From Mobula hypostoma (taxonomy: Eukaryota): a DNA stretch of 64,000 bases. The notes below the pieces were generated by a model. That model did not search any database, was not told the DNA's origin, and was given only the letters and a program-made list of their open reading frames with translations. The stretch covers positions 242,546,001 to 242,610,000 of the forward strand of contig NC_086097.1 of NCBI RefSeq assembly GCF_963921235.1, read 5' to 3'. Of this stretch, positions 1 to 11,771 are shown piece by piece (the first letter of the stretch is position 1; the number at the start of each line of letters is the position of its first letter). A program made the translations under genes and the position numbers.

Positions 1-1045
1 ATTTAGATGAAAGAAATGGCAGTAAGTGTGCAAATGCTCAAGGTACAAAAACAAAACACTAACAGAAGCAGCAGAAATGTAGTGATCCATTCTACGATAT
101 GTTCAATGGTACAAACACATTTTGCAAATTGCTCTAAAAGGTACAATTAAATTAACAAAAGCATCTGCACATCAAATGGACAAGTCTTTGGTGATACTAT
201 CTATACAAAGGCTATCTTTGATGGAGCTACAGTGTTATGCAAGCTAATCAAAATATATGGCTTTGTATTCTTTCCACTCACTTGTAGGTTTAATCCCATT
301 AATTGTGTGTAATCATGTCATTCCAACCAGTTGGGAATTCTTTTTAATATATAAAGCAATGATACACTACGAAAAACATTGGAAATATGTTAGAAAACCT
401 CAGAAATGTACATCTTATACAAAATAATTTGTTTTGCTTTACAGTTATCCATCTACTTATTCCCACATTGCTTTGTCAGTTTGGAACCATACACTATACA
501 CAATTGTCAAAATAAATATACAAGATTACGTACATTATAACAAGGCCCATTTTCACACCCTTAATTATGAAGTGACAATGTTGATTGGAGATTCAGCACA
601 CAAGATGAACTGGGGTTTCTATTGAAAATAAGTGAATTACATATAAAAAACTAGGTTGAACCATTATTAACCAAAATAAAGTGATTAAAAGGCCACACGC
701 TCAACACTCCTTCAAGTCTTCAGACATTCAAGTACCTGTGAGCAAAGGCTAACATAGCCTTGCCATTTTAAAAAATAGAACTTTATATAGAAACAAGGGG
801 TTACCCCTTGTCTGAGCACCATACGTGCCAATCGCTTTAAAACACGCAAAGCCAATGTTTTAATTCCATAGGTCAGCCCACTGACCTTGTAAAAGCCATA
901 CAGCAGGTCACCTGTAAGGCATGTTAACATGCAGGCAATCAGCAATCTGTATTTTGTGTGGCAGACCACCCTGAACTGCTGAGGACGCTGCTCCCTCCTA
1001 CACAGTAACGGTTATCCTGTAGTGGACAGTGTATTATGCATATTT

Positions 1046-1051
1046 TTTATT
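1046..1051 (-). terminator. Candidate EXT1 polyadenylation signal AATAAA (another at 1558-1563)
   Basis: AATAAA on the minus strand about 550 nt after the stop, in repeat-free 3' UTR-like sequence. Confidence 0.45.
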
Positions 1052-1599
1052 TTGAAATAAATTCTTTTGCATGCTAATAGTTAACATGGCAGTTATTATT
1101 GGTGAAACTGAATTACATGCTCTTTTGTCATGAATGCCCTGATGCCAATTCCTATACAAGCCTGATGGCCAGCCATTCCAAACACTGTTCACTTTTCCTA
1201 ATACATACTTGGCTTAAGTGGTATTTAGTCGGCCTTCAGTTGTGTCCAGGCCAAAATTTAAGACACTCTATTCTGAACAATTGAATAGTGTTTCACTTTG
1301 TTCTTCACAGTGCTAATGAGTAATCAATCTTCATTCGAAGTTCATGGTTCTTTTGATATTCCTTGTGACAGGATATCGATCCAGTCTCTCAGATTGATAA
1401 AGTGATAAACACAAGGTTAAATTCTAACTGTCACACTGATCATAGTCAATAAGCCGATTCCAGCTGTTTGCGAGCCTGAAGAATACGTCGGGTACATCGA
1501 AGGCTAACAGCCAAGAGTTACCTTGTGCAGATTGCTACCTGTTGAGCTGAAGATGGCTTTATTCACAACACAGTCCAACAATCAACGGCTTTGTGCTTC

Positions 1600-1809
<210 letters not shown>

Positions 1810-1894
1810 TTAATATGAGTATACCAGAACTCAGATTAAAACAACACACAGTATATAATCCTGATAAAACGATAAGGAATACTGGGGGGAAAAT

Positions 1895-2207
1895 AAAAAT
1901 TAGCTTTATTTGTCACATGTATATCAAAATATAGTAAAATGTGTCAATGGTGCCAATGACAGTCTGAGGATTGTGCCTAGGGCAGTCTGCAAGCGTCACT
2001 ACACTTCTGGCACCAACGAAGCATGCCCGAGCTAAGCCTAACCCATAGGTCTTTGGAATATGGGAGGAAACTGAAGCACCTGGAGGAGATCTATGTGGTT
2101 ACTGGGAGGACATCCAAACTTTTTACAGGGATTGGTGGGAATCAAACCCCAATCAGTGATCGCGGGTGCTGTAAAGTGTTGTGCTAAACACTGCGCTACT
2201 GTGTTGT
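1895..2207 (-). mobile_element. tRNA-derived V-SINE-like element
   Basis: Pol III A/B-box head, central ggtgct(t/c)cagtttcctcccat..tccaaagac domain and aataaagctaat tail; same family at 13450-13725, 38000-38298, 49612-49938 and 63860-64000. Confidence 0.75.
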
Positions 2208-2636
2208 CAGACTAATGGCTCAGTTACGTCTGATAGAAGAAATGAATGCTTTAGGAATAAGTCTAATTGTTAGCCCATTTTTTAACATATTACTGCTTGA
2301 TTCACAGTTCCTTCCCTTCTAGAACTAGTACACTTGTAAGTATGCTGTTCCTTCTTTGACAGAGTGTGCATGTCTAGCTTCTCACCTCAATGGGCTGAAC
2401 TCAGGTTTCCTGACAGAGAATCTGTTACTTAGAAGTCTTGTTATCCTCTCAACTTGGACCACCAGTTATTTCTCATCTTAGTGGTGCCTGATATTGCATC
2501 ATTCAAAGCCAACAAGAGATTCCATAGGCAATTTGATATTTATAATCTCCACATTCATCAAAGCCTTTATTTTCTCTGGACTATCGTGGTGCTTGATACG
2601 TAGAAGTCCGAGTACAAGTTTCTTCCAATTAAATTA

Positions 2637-2925
2637 GGGTGGCACGGTAGCGTAGTGGTTAGCACAACACTTTATAGTCCAGGCAACCTGGGTTCAATTC
2701 CTGCTGTTGCCAGTAAGGAGCTTGTACGTAAACCCGTAAAAATTTCTCTATTACATTCTTCCCATAAAACAAATTGTCCCAATCCACTCCTAAATCCTTT
2801 TGCATCTCCTCAAAGTTAGCCTTTCTCCAATCAAAAATCTCAACCCTGGGTCCAGACTTATCCTTCTCCATAATTATATAGAAACTAATAGCATTGTGAT
2901 CACTGGACCTGAAGTGCTCCCCAAC
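2637..2925. mobile_element. SINE head (+, 2637-2735) abutting a CR1 ORF2 fragment (-)
   Basis: ggcacggtagcgtagtggttagc...ggttcaattcc head; the minus strand reads GEHFRSSDHNAISF..DWRKANFEEM (end of CR1 endonuclease region). Confidence 0.65.
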
Positions 2926-3482
2926 ACAATATCCCAATAAATAAATAAATAAACAAACAAAATATATAAATTCTATAAAGACCAAAGTCAATGTATTCCA
3001 ATTATTTGGCTCAAGGATATTTTAGTTCTTCACCAATAGAATATACTCAAATATTGTGAAGAACACCTGTGGTAGAGGTCAAAGACACCGTGTTCTGCCT
3101 CCAACAGAAACTCCTCGCCACCCACTCTGCTCTTTCTAATAAATGCAAAGTTGAACCAGACAATGACAGTGTTTGACTGTAACCATTAGGTGAGCACCTG
3201 ACCACATATCTGTTCCATTATCAAGAGTACCCTATTACACTTGTCTAACATTGCTCCCTCTGTCCCTGCCTCACCTTTTCTGCTGCTCTCCTAAGTTCCT
3301 AGGTATGACTTCTCAACATACTCCCAACTGGCTTCTTATCATCTACTCTCCAGAACTACCCAACATTTTGCTGGGATATCACTTAGTCCTAGTCATTCAA
3401 TGGCTCTGTGTTTGCTGGCTCCTGACCGCATTAATATCATCTTCATTTTCAAATCCTTACATGCCTTTGCCTACAATTTAGA

Positions 3483-5003
3483 ATTTATTTAAATCTCACA
3501 CCCATTCCACAATGTGGGGGACTAAAAATCTCCACTGCAATGTACAGGCATGTGAATTTAAAACCTAATGGCTTGTAGAAATAAGCTGTCCCATAGCCTG
3601 TTGGTCCTGGCTTTAATGCTACAGTAGTGTTTGCCAGACAAAAGCAGCTGAAACAGTTTATGGTTGGGGTGACTGATGTCCCCAGTGATCTTCCAGGCCT
3701 TCTTTCTGCACCTGCTGCTATACATGTCCTCAATGGAGGGAAATCCATATCCACAGATGCACTGGGCTGTCCGTACCACTCCCTGCAGTTCCAGCGATCA
3801 AGGCTGGTGCAGTTCCTGCACCCTGGCAGTGATACAGCCAGTCAGTATGCTCTCAATGGTGCCCCTGTAGAAGGTCTTGAGGAGTTGCTGAACTTCTTGT
3901 CGCCTGAGATGGAAGATGGAAGATTATTATCTGAATGGTGGCCGATTAGGAAAGGGGGAGGTGCAACGAGACCTGGGTGTCATTATACACCAGTCATTGA
4001 AAGTGGGCATGCAGGTACAGCAGGCGGTGAAAAAGGCGAACGGTATGCTGGCATTTATAGCGAGAGGATTCGAGTACAGGAGCAGGGAGGTACTACTGCA
4101 GTTGTACAAGGCCTTGGTGAGACCACACCTGGAGTATTGTGTGCAGTTTTGGTCCCCTAATCTGAGGAAAGACATCTTTGCCATAGAGGGAGTACAAAGA
4201 AGGTTCACCAGATTGATTCCTGGGATGGCAGGTCTTTCATATGAAGAAAGACTGGATGAACTGGGCTTGTACTCGTTGGAATTTAGAAGATTGAGGGGGG
4301 ATCTGATTGAAACGTATAAGATCCTAAAGGGATTGGACAGGCTAGATGCGGGAAGATTGTTCCCGATGTTGGGGAGGTCCAGAACGAGGGGTCACAGTTT
4401 GAGGATAGAGGGGAAGCCTTTTACGACCGAGATTAGGAAAAACTTCTTCACACAGAGAGTGGTGAATCTGTGGAATTCTCTGCCACAGCAAACTGTTGAG
4501 GCCAGTTCATTGGCTATATTTAAGAGGGAGTTAGATATGGCCCTTGTGGCTACGGGGGTCAGGGGGTATGGAGGGAAGGCTGGGTTCTGAGTTGGATGAT
4601 CAGCCATGATCATAATGAATGGCGGTGCAGGCTCGAAGGGCCGAATGGCCTACTCCTGCACCTATGTTCTATGTTTCTATACGCTGTTGCGCTTTTATTG
4701 GCCACAGAGCTGGTGTGTACAGTCCAGGTGAGATCATCAGTGATATGCACATCCAGGAACTTGAAACTACTCACCCTCCCAACTGCAGACCCATTGATGT
4801 TGATTGGGCCGAACCTGTCTCCTTTCCTCCAGTAATCCACAATCAGCTCTTCTGTTGTTTGGACATTGAGCGAGAGGCACCACTGTGTCAGGGTGTCAAC
4901 CTCTCCACTGTAGGCTGTCTCATTACTGCTAGAAATATGGCTGATCAAAATCATGTCATTCCGAACTTGATCAGCAGATTAGAGCTGTGTGTGGCAGTAC
5001 AGT
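3483..5003 (-). mobile_element. Rex1/Babar-type LINE 3' fragment interrupted by a CR1
   Basis: Frameshifted RT C-terminal peptides (PININGSAVGRVSSFKFLDVHITDDLTW; SHPNHKLFQLLLSG) on either side of the 3921-4680 insertion. Confidence 0.75.
3921..4680 (+). mobile_element. 5'-truncated young CR1 LINE (subfamily A)
   Basis: Uninterrupted 224-aa ORF2 C-terminus (LYKALVRPHLEYCVQFWSP, TRGHSL), 3' UTR and (ctatgttt)n tail. Confidence 0.93.
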
Positions 5004-5009
5004 CGTCAC

Positions 5010-5195
5010 AATGTTTGTTCATTATGTGCCATGGGTGATCCTGGTCTTTCCATGACCATGACTACTCTTGGGAAATATATCTATAGAAGTGGTTTGCCAT
5101 TACCTTCTTCTGGGTAGTGTCTTTACAAGGTGGGTGACCTCAGCTTTATGACAACACGCCTCAGATTTTGGCCTTTGTCATGAACCAGATCCTTA
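5010..5195 (-). repeat. RTE/BovB-tail type repeat (second copy about 18870-19185)
   Basis: Shared agaagtggtttgccatt(a/g)ccttcttctg..agtgtctttacaag motif resembling RTE-mobilised SINE tails. Confidence 0.5.
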
Positions 5196-5645
5196 ATCAT
5201 CCTACCACTGGCAGCTGAGCCTTCAGTTCCACTGGACATATGTACGAGGGGTGCTGCCCCGAGAAAGCAGCATCCATCATCAAGGACCCCTCCCTTGCAC
5301 TGCCCCCCCCCCCAACCACACCTTCCAGACTATGCTCTCTTCTTGCTGCTACCATCAGGAAGGAGGTACAGGAGCCTTGGGTCCCACACCACCAGGTTCA
5401 TGAACAGTTATCCTTCAACCATAGCGCTCCTGAACCAGTGTGGATAACTCCACTCACAACACTGAACTGATTCCACAACCCATGTGCTCACTTTCATGGA
5501 CCCTACAGCTGATGTTCTCTGTATTAATTAATTAATTTAAAAACACTTTTTTTTCCATTTGCACAGTTTGTCTTCTTTTGCACATTGGTTACTTGTCAGT
5601 CTTTGTGTGCAGATTTTTATTGTATATCTTTGTATCTACAGTAAA

Positions 5646-5951
5646 ACAAAGGCATCCGTTAGTCTTGCGAGACCATGGATCTGCGCCTGGAAAGTCTTCA
5701 CTCTCCAGGGCACAGGCCTGGGCAAGGTTGTATGGAAGACCAGCAGTTGCCCATGCTGCAAGTCTCCCCTCTCCACAACACCAATGTTGTCCAAGGGAAG
5801 GGCATGAGGACCCATACAGCTTGGCACAAGTGTCATCGCAGAGCAATGTGTGATTAAGTGCCTTGCTCAAGGACACAACACGTTTCCTCGGCTGGGGCTC
5901 GAACTCACGACCTTCAGGTCGCTAGTCCAATGCCTTAACCACTTGGCCACA
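5646..5951 (-). mobile_element. tRNA-derived CORE-like SINE
   Basis: A box tggccaagtgg, B box gttcgagccc, CORE-like gtgtccttgagcaaggcacttaa; flanked by tacagt(a/g)aa direct repeats. Confidence 0.8.
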
Positions 5952-5996
5952 TACAGTGAATGCTCTAAAACGAATCAATGTAGTATATGATGACAG

Positions 5997-6305
5997 GGGT
6001 GGACAGTAGCATAGTAGCACAATGCTTTACAGTACCAGCAACCCGGGTTCAATTTCTGCCCACTGTCTGAAAGGAGTTTATACGTTCTCCCTATGAATGC
6101 ATGGATTTCTTCCAGGTGATCTGTTTCCTCAGACGTACCAATTGGTAGATTGTAAGTTGTCCCATGATTAGGTTAGATTAAATCTGAGGCATGGTTTGAG
6201 GGCCAGAATGGTAGATTGTAAACTATCCCATGGTTAGGCTAGATTAAATCGGAGGCATGGTTTGAAGGCCAGAAGAGCCTGTTCTGCACTGTATCTCAAT
6301 AAAAT
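5997..6305 (+). mobile_element. V-SINE/HE1-like SINE with a 66-bp internal tandem duplication
   Basis: A/B-box head; duplicated unit starts at 6143 and 6209; ctgtatctcaataaaat tail. Confidence 0.7.
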
Positions 6306-7029
6306 AAAAATCTATAGTTTGAAATAAATTTACATTGAACTGTGAGTGGTCTCGACACCAATCTCTTGAATCCCTTCCTAATTCCTCCTAATCTTTCAAA
6401 AGTGCCCTAAAGCTTTTTATATATACATATATTTTTTTACTTGTCTTAATATATTTCCATGAAATTCAGTATCAATTTTTCAACAGCTTCCATTGACATA
6501 GTACCTTACACACAGCAATAATGCCCAAGGGATTTCATAGGAGCAGTTCAAAATAAAAAACCGTCAAACACAGTAGGTGATATCAAGGCAGATTGCCAAA
6601 GACTTGGTTATATTGTAGGTAATTTTTCAAAGTCAAAGGGAGAAAGACGTACATACAGTAGCATGCAAAAGTTTAGGCACCCCTGGTCAAAATTTCTGTT
6701 ACTGTGAAAAGCTAAGCGAGTAAAAGATGACCTGATTTCCAAAAGGCATAAAGTTAAAGATGACCTTTCTTTAATATTTTAAGCAAGATTACTTTTTTAT
6801 TTTCATCTTTTACAGTTTCAAAATAACAAAAAAGGAAAAGGGCCTGAAGCAAAAGTTTGGGCACCCTGCATGGTCAGTACTTAGTAACACCCCCTCTGGC
6901 AAGTATCACAGCTTGTAAACGCTTTCTGTAGCCAGCTAAGAGTCTTTCAATTCTTGTTTGGGGGATTTTCGCCCATTCTTCCTTGCAAAAGGCTTCTAGT
7001 TACATAGAAACATAGAAAATAGGTGCAGG

Positions 7030-9997
7030 ACTCCCTCTCAAATATAGCCAATGAACTGGCCTCAACTGTTTCCTGTGGCAGAGAATTCCACAGATTCACC
7101 ACTCTCTGTGTGAAGAAGTTTTTCCTAATCTCAGTCCTAAAAGGCTTCCCCTCTATCCTCAAACTGTGGCCCCTCGTTCTGGCCTTCCCCAACATCGGGA
7201 ACAATCTTCCTGCATCTAGCCTGTCCAATCCCTTTAGGATCTTATACGTTTCAATCAGATCCCCCCTCAATCTTCTAAATTCCAACGAGTACAAGCCCAG
7301 TTCATCCAGTCTTTCTTCATATGAAAGTCCTGCCATCCCAGGAATCAATCTGGTGAACCTTCTTTGTACTCCCTCTATGGCAAGGATGTCTTTCCTCAGA
7401 TTAGGGGACCAAAACTGCACACAATACTCCAGGTGTGGTCTCACCAAGGCCTTGTACAACTGCAGTAGTACCTCCCTGCTCCTGTACTCGAATCCTCTCG
7501 CTATAAATGCCAGCATACCGTTCGCCTTTTTCACCGCCTGCTGTACCTGCATGCCCACTTTCAATGACTGGTGTATAATGACACCCAGGTCTCGTTGCAC
7601 CTCCCCTTTTCCTAATCAGCCACCATTCAGATAATAATCTGTTTTCCTATTTTTGCCACCAAAGTGGATAACTTCACATTTATCCACATTAAATTGCATC
7701 TGCCATGAATTTGCCCACTCACCCAACCTATCCAAGTCACCCTGCATCCTCTTAGCATCCTCCTCACAGCTAACACTGCCACCCAGCTTCGTGTCATCCG
7801 CAAACCTGGAGATGCTGCATTTAATTCTCTCATCCAAGTCATTAATATATATTGTAAACAACTGGGGTCCCAGCACTGAGCCTTGCGGTACCCCACTAGT
7901 CACCACCTGCCATTCTGAAAAGGTCCCGTTTATTCCCACTCTTTGCTTCCTGTCTGCTAACCAATTCTCCACCCACACCAATACCTTACCCCCAATACAG
8001 TGTGCTTTAAGTTTGCACACTAATCTCCTGTGTGCGACCTTGTCAAAAGCCTTTTGAAAATCCAAATATACCACATCCACTGATTCTCCCCTATCCACTC
8101 TACTAGTTACATCCTCAAAAAATTCTATGAGATTCGTCAGACATGATTTTCCTTTCACAAATCCATACTGACTTTGTCCGATCATTTCACCGCTTTCCAA
8201 ATGTGCTGTTATCACATCCTTGATAACTGACTCCAGCAGTTTCCCCACCACCGACGTTAGGCTAACTGGTCTATAATTCCCCGGTTTCTCTATCCCTTCT
8301 TTTTTAAAAAGTGGAGTTACATTAGCCACCCTCCAATCCTCAGGAACTAGTCCAGAATCTAACGAGTTTTGAAAAATTATCACTAATGCATCCACTATTT
8401 CTTGGGCTACTTCCTTAAGCACTCTAGGATGCAGACCATCTGGCCCTGGGGATTTATCTGCCTTCAATCCCTTCAATTTACCTAACACCACTTCCCTACT
8501 AACATGTATTTCGCTCAGTTCCTCCATCTCACTGGACCCTCTGTCCCCTACTATTTCTGGAAGATTATTTATGTCCTCCTTAGTGAAGACAGAACCAAAG
8601 TAATTATTCAATTGGTCTGCCATGTCCTTGCTCCCCATAATCAATTCACCTGTTTCTGTCTGCAGGGGACCTACATTTGTCTTTACCAGTCTTTTCCTCT
8701 TTACATATCTATAAAAGCTTTCACAGTCCGTTTTTATGTTCCCTGCCAGTTTTCTCTCATAATCTTTTTTCCCCTTCCTAATTAAGCCCTTTGTCCTCCT
8801 CTGCTGAACTCTGAATTTCTCCCACTGCTCAGGTGAGCCACTTTCTCTGGCTAATTTGTATGCTTCTTCTTTGGAATTGATACTATCCCTAATTTCTCTT
8901 GTCAGCCACGGGTGCACTATCTTCCTTGATTTATTCTTTTGCCAAACTGGGATGAACAATTGTTGTAGTTCATCCATGCAACCTTTAAATGCTTGCCATT
9001 GCATATCCACCGTCAATCCTTTAAGTGTCATTTGCCAGTCTATCTTAGCTAATTCACGTCTCATACCTTCAAAGTTACCCCTCTTTAAGTTCAGAACCTT
9101 TGTTTCTGAATTAACTATGTCACTCTCCATCTTAATGAAGAATTCCACCATATTATGGTCACTCTTACCCAAGGGGCCTCTCACGACAAGATTGCTAATT
9201 AACCCTTCCTCATTGCTCAAAACCCAGTCCAGAATAGCCTGCTCTCTAGTTGGTTCCTCGACATGTTGGTTCAAAAAACCATCCTGCATACATTTCAAGA
9301 AATCCTCTTCCTCAGCACCTTTACCAATTTGGTTCACCCAATCTACATATAGATTGAAGTCACCCATTATAACTGCTGTTCCTTTATTGCACACATTTCT
9401 AATTTCCTGTTTAATACCATCTCCGACCTCACTACTACTGTTAGGTGACCTGTACACAACTCCCACCAGCGTCTTCTGCCCCTTAGTGTTACGCAGCTCT
9501 ACCCATATCGATTCCACATCTTCCTGGCTTATGTCCTTCCTTTCTATTGCGTTAATCTCTCCTTTAACCAGCAATGCCACCCCACCTCCCCTTCCTTCAT
9601 GTCTATCCCTCCTGAATATTGAATATCCCTGAACGTTGAGCTCCCATCCCTGGTCACCCTGGAGCCATGTCTCTGTGATCCCAACTATATCATAATCATT
9701 AATAACAATCTGCACTTTCAATTCATCCACCTTATTACGAATGCTCCTTGCATTGACACACAAAGCCTTCAGGCGCTCTTCTACAACTCTCTTAGCCCTT
9801 ATACAATTATGTTGAAAAGTGGCCCTTTTTAATGCTTGCCCTGGATTTGTTGGCCTGCCACTTTTACTTTTCTCCTTAGTACTTTTTGCTTCTACCCTCA
9901 CTTCACACCCCTCTGTCTCTCTGCACTGGTTCCCATCCCACTGTTGTGAACTAACCTCCTCACGCCTAGCCTCTTTAATTTGATTCCCACCCCCCAA
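7030..9997 (-). pseudogene. CR1 ORF2: APE endonuclease plus reverse transcriptase, one premature stop
   Basis: NARS, ITETW, GDFN and SDH endonuclease motifs; PGPDG, NYRPVSL, LDFQKAFD, GVPQGSVLGP and FADD RT motifs; TGA at 7616-7618 where the sister copy has CGA. Confidence 0.95.
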
Positions 9998-10002
9998 CCA
10001 TT

Positions 10003-10325
10003 CTAGTTTAAAGTCACCTCAGTAGCCCCTGCTAATCTCCCTGCCAGGATATTGGTCCCCCTAGGATTCAAGTGTAACCCGTCCTTTTTGTACAGGTCAC
10101 GCCTGCGCCAAAAGAGGTCCCAATGATCCAAAAATTTGAATCCCTGCCGCCTGCTCCAATCCCTCAGCCACGCATTTATCCTCCACCTCATCGCATTCCT
10201 ACTCTCACTGTCGCGTGGCACAGGCAGTAATCCCGAGATTATTACCTTTGCGGTCCTTATTCTCAACTCCCTTCCTAGCTCCCTATATTCTCCTTTCAGG
10301 ACCTCATCCCTTTTCCTACCTATGT
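10003..10325 (-). pseudogene. CR1 ORF1 C-terminus, SGNH esterase-like
   Basis: VIISGLLPVPR..INAWLRDW..FLDHW..DGLHLN (DxxH motif) ending just before ORF2. Confidence 0.85.
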
Positions 10326-11699
10326 GAGATTCTTGGGCCGTCTTGCAAGCACTGCTCTTTTGAGGTCTATCCACAGATTCTGGATGATGTTTAGGTCAGG
10401 GGACTGTGAGGGCCATGGCAAAACCTTCAGCTTGCGCCTCTTGAGGTAGTCCATTGCGGATTTTGAGGTGTGTTTAGGATCATTATCCTGTTGTAGAAGC
10501 CATCCTCTTTTCACCTTCACCTTTTTTTTCCCCCCACAGACGGTGTGATGTTTGCTTCCAGAATTTGCTGGTATTTAATTTCCCTCTACCAGTGAAATGT
10601 TCCCTGTGCAACTGGCTGCAACACAAGCCCAAAGCATGATCGATCCACCCCTGTGCTTAACAGTTAGAGAGGTGTTCTTTTCATGAAATTCTGCACCCTT
10701 TTTTCTCCAAACATACCTTTGCTTGTTGCAGCCAAAAAGTTTTATTTTAACTTCATCAGTCCACAAGACTTGTTTCCAAAATGCATCAGGCTTGTTTAGA
10801 TGTTCCTTTGCAAACTTATGACGCTGAATTTTGTGGTGAGGACGCAGGAAAGGTTTTCTTCTGATGACTCTTCCATGAAGGTCATATTTGTGCAGGTGCC
10901 GCTGCACAGTAGAACAGTGCACCACCACACCACACCATTCCTGAAGGTCTTTTGCAGTCAAACGGGGGTTTTGATTTGCCTTTCTAGCAATCCTACGAGC
11001 AGTTCTCTTGGAAAGGTTTCTTGGTCTTCCAGACCTCAACTTGACCTCCACCATTCCTGCTTTGTGGGCATCATTTATTTTAATTTTCAGAGTGCTAGGC
11101 AGCTGCTTAGAGGAACCCATGGCTGCTGATTATTGGGACAAGGTTTGAGGAGTCAGGTTATTTATAAAGCTTTGAAACTTACATCACCTGGCCTTTCCTA
11201 ACAATGACTGTGAACAAGCCATAGCCCTAACAAGCTAATTAAGGTCTGAGACCTTGGTAAAAGTCATCTGAGAACTCAAATCTCTTGGGATGCCCAAACT
11301 TTTGCATGGTACTCCTTTCCTTTTTTCCACTCTAAAATTGTACAAAACAAAAATAATACACTAATTTTGCTTAAAATGTTGAAAAGAATGTTTCATCTTT
11401 AATTTAATGACTTTTGGAGATCAGTTCATCTTCTACTCACTTAACTATTCACAGTAACAGAAATTTTGACCAGGGGTGCCCAAACTTTTGCATGCCACTG
11501 TAGAAACAAAAGTTTTGGGAAGCAACTACAGAGATTAGACCCCAAATAACTGCAGGGTAGCCAATAAGAGAGGTTAAATTCAGGAATCTTCAAGCGGTTA
11601 TAACCTCTTCAAAAGATTATGCCACTGCTACATAACAAATGCTAAGGAGCTGGAGGCAATTGGAGGAATATTTAAAGAAAAAGAAGGGAGTGAAATATA

Positions 11700-11771
11700 T
11701 AGTACAGTGCAAAAGTCTCATGCACATATACTCTATATAGCCAGGGTGCCCAAGGCTTTTGCAAAGTACTG
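11700..11771. mobile_element. 72-bp Tc1-type mini-MITE
   Basis: Imperfect 26-bp inverted repeats (tagtacagtgcaaaagtctcatgcac / gtgcccaaggcttttgcaaagtactg) with TA on each side. Confidence 0.65.

Larger units (their letters stand above)
7002..10325 (-). mobile_element. Long 5'-truncated CR1 LINE (subfamily A)
   Basis: ORF1 3' end, near-complete ORF2 and (ctatgttt)n tail; about 120 bp missing near 7030 relative to the 3921-4680 copy. Confidence 0.96.
6873..11120 (-). pseudogene. Tc1 DD34E transposase pseudogene (pieces 10326-11120 and 6873-7001)
   Basis: MGSSKQL..GRPR..VLWTDE..QQDNDPKH..SPDLNIIQN (catalytic E reads Q); C-terminus ELEAFCKEEWAKI..GGVTKY* resumes across the CR1; internal deletions and frameshifts. 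Confidence 0.88.
6656..11500 (-). mobile_element. IR/DR-type Tc1 DNA transposon, interrupted by a CR1
   Basis: About 215-bp inverted repeats starting cagt(a/g)gcatgcaaaagttt, each with an inner direct repeat gcaaaagtttgggca; TA on both sides; transposase remnants inside. Confidence 0.93.

Noticed and set aside
1516..1524. Donor-like AAG/GTAACT 78 nt after the EXT1 stop (3' UTR intron, NMD trigger)
   Set aside because: No convincing downstream acceptor; such motifs occur by chance.
5885..5951. tRNA gene
   Set aside because: SINE head with a CORE-like body and TSD; no complete cloverleaf.
7023..9632. Long + strand ORFs (203, 134 and 258 aa)
   Set aside because: Antisense shadows of CR1 ORF2; they recur in each copy.
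7616..9997. 793-aa ORF as a host gene or novel reverse transcriptase system
   Set aside because: Ordinary CR1 ORF2 (APE plus RT) with a CpG stop, a 3' tail and sister copies.
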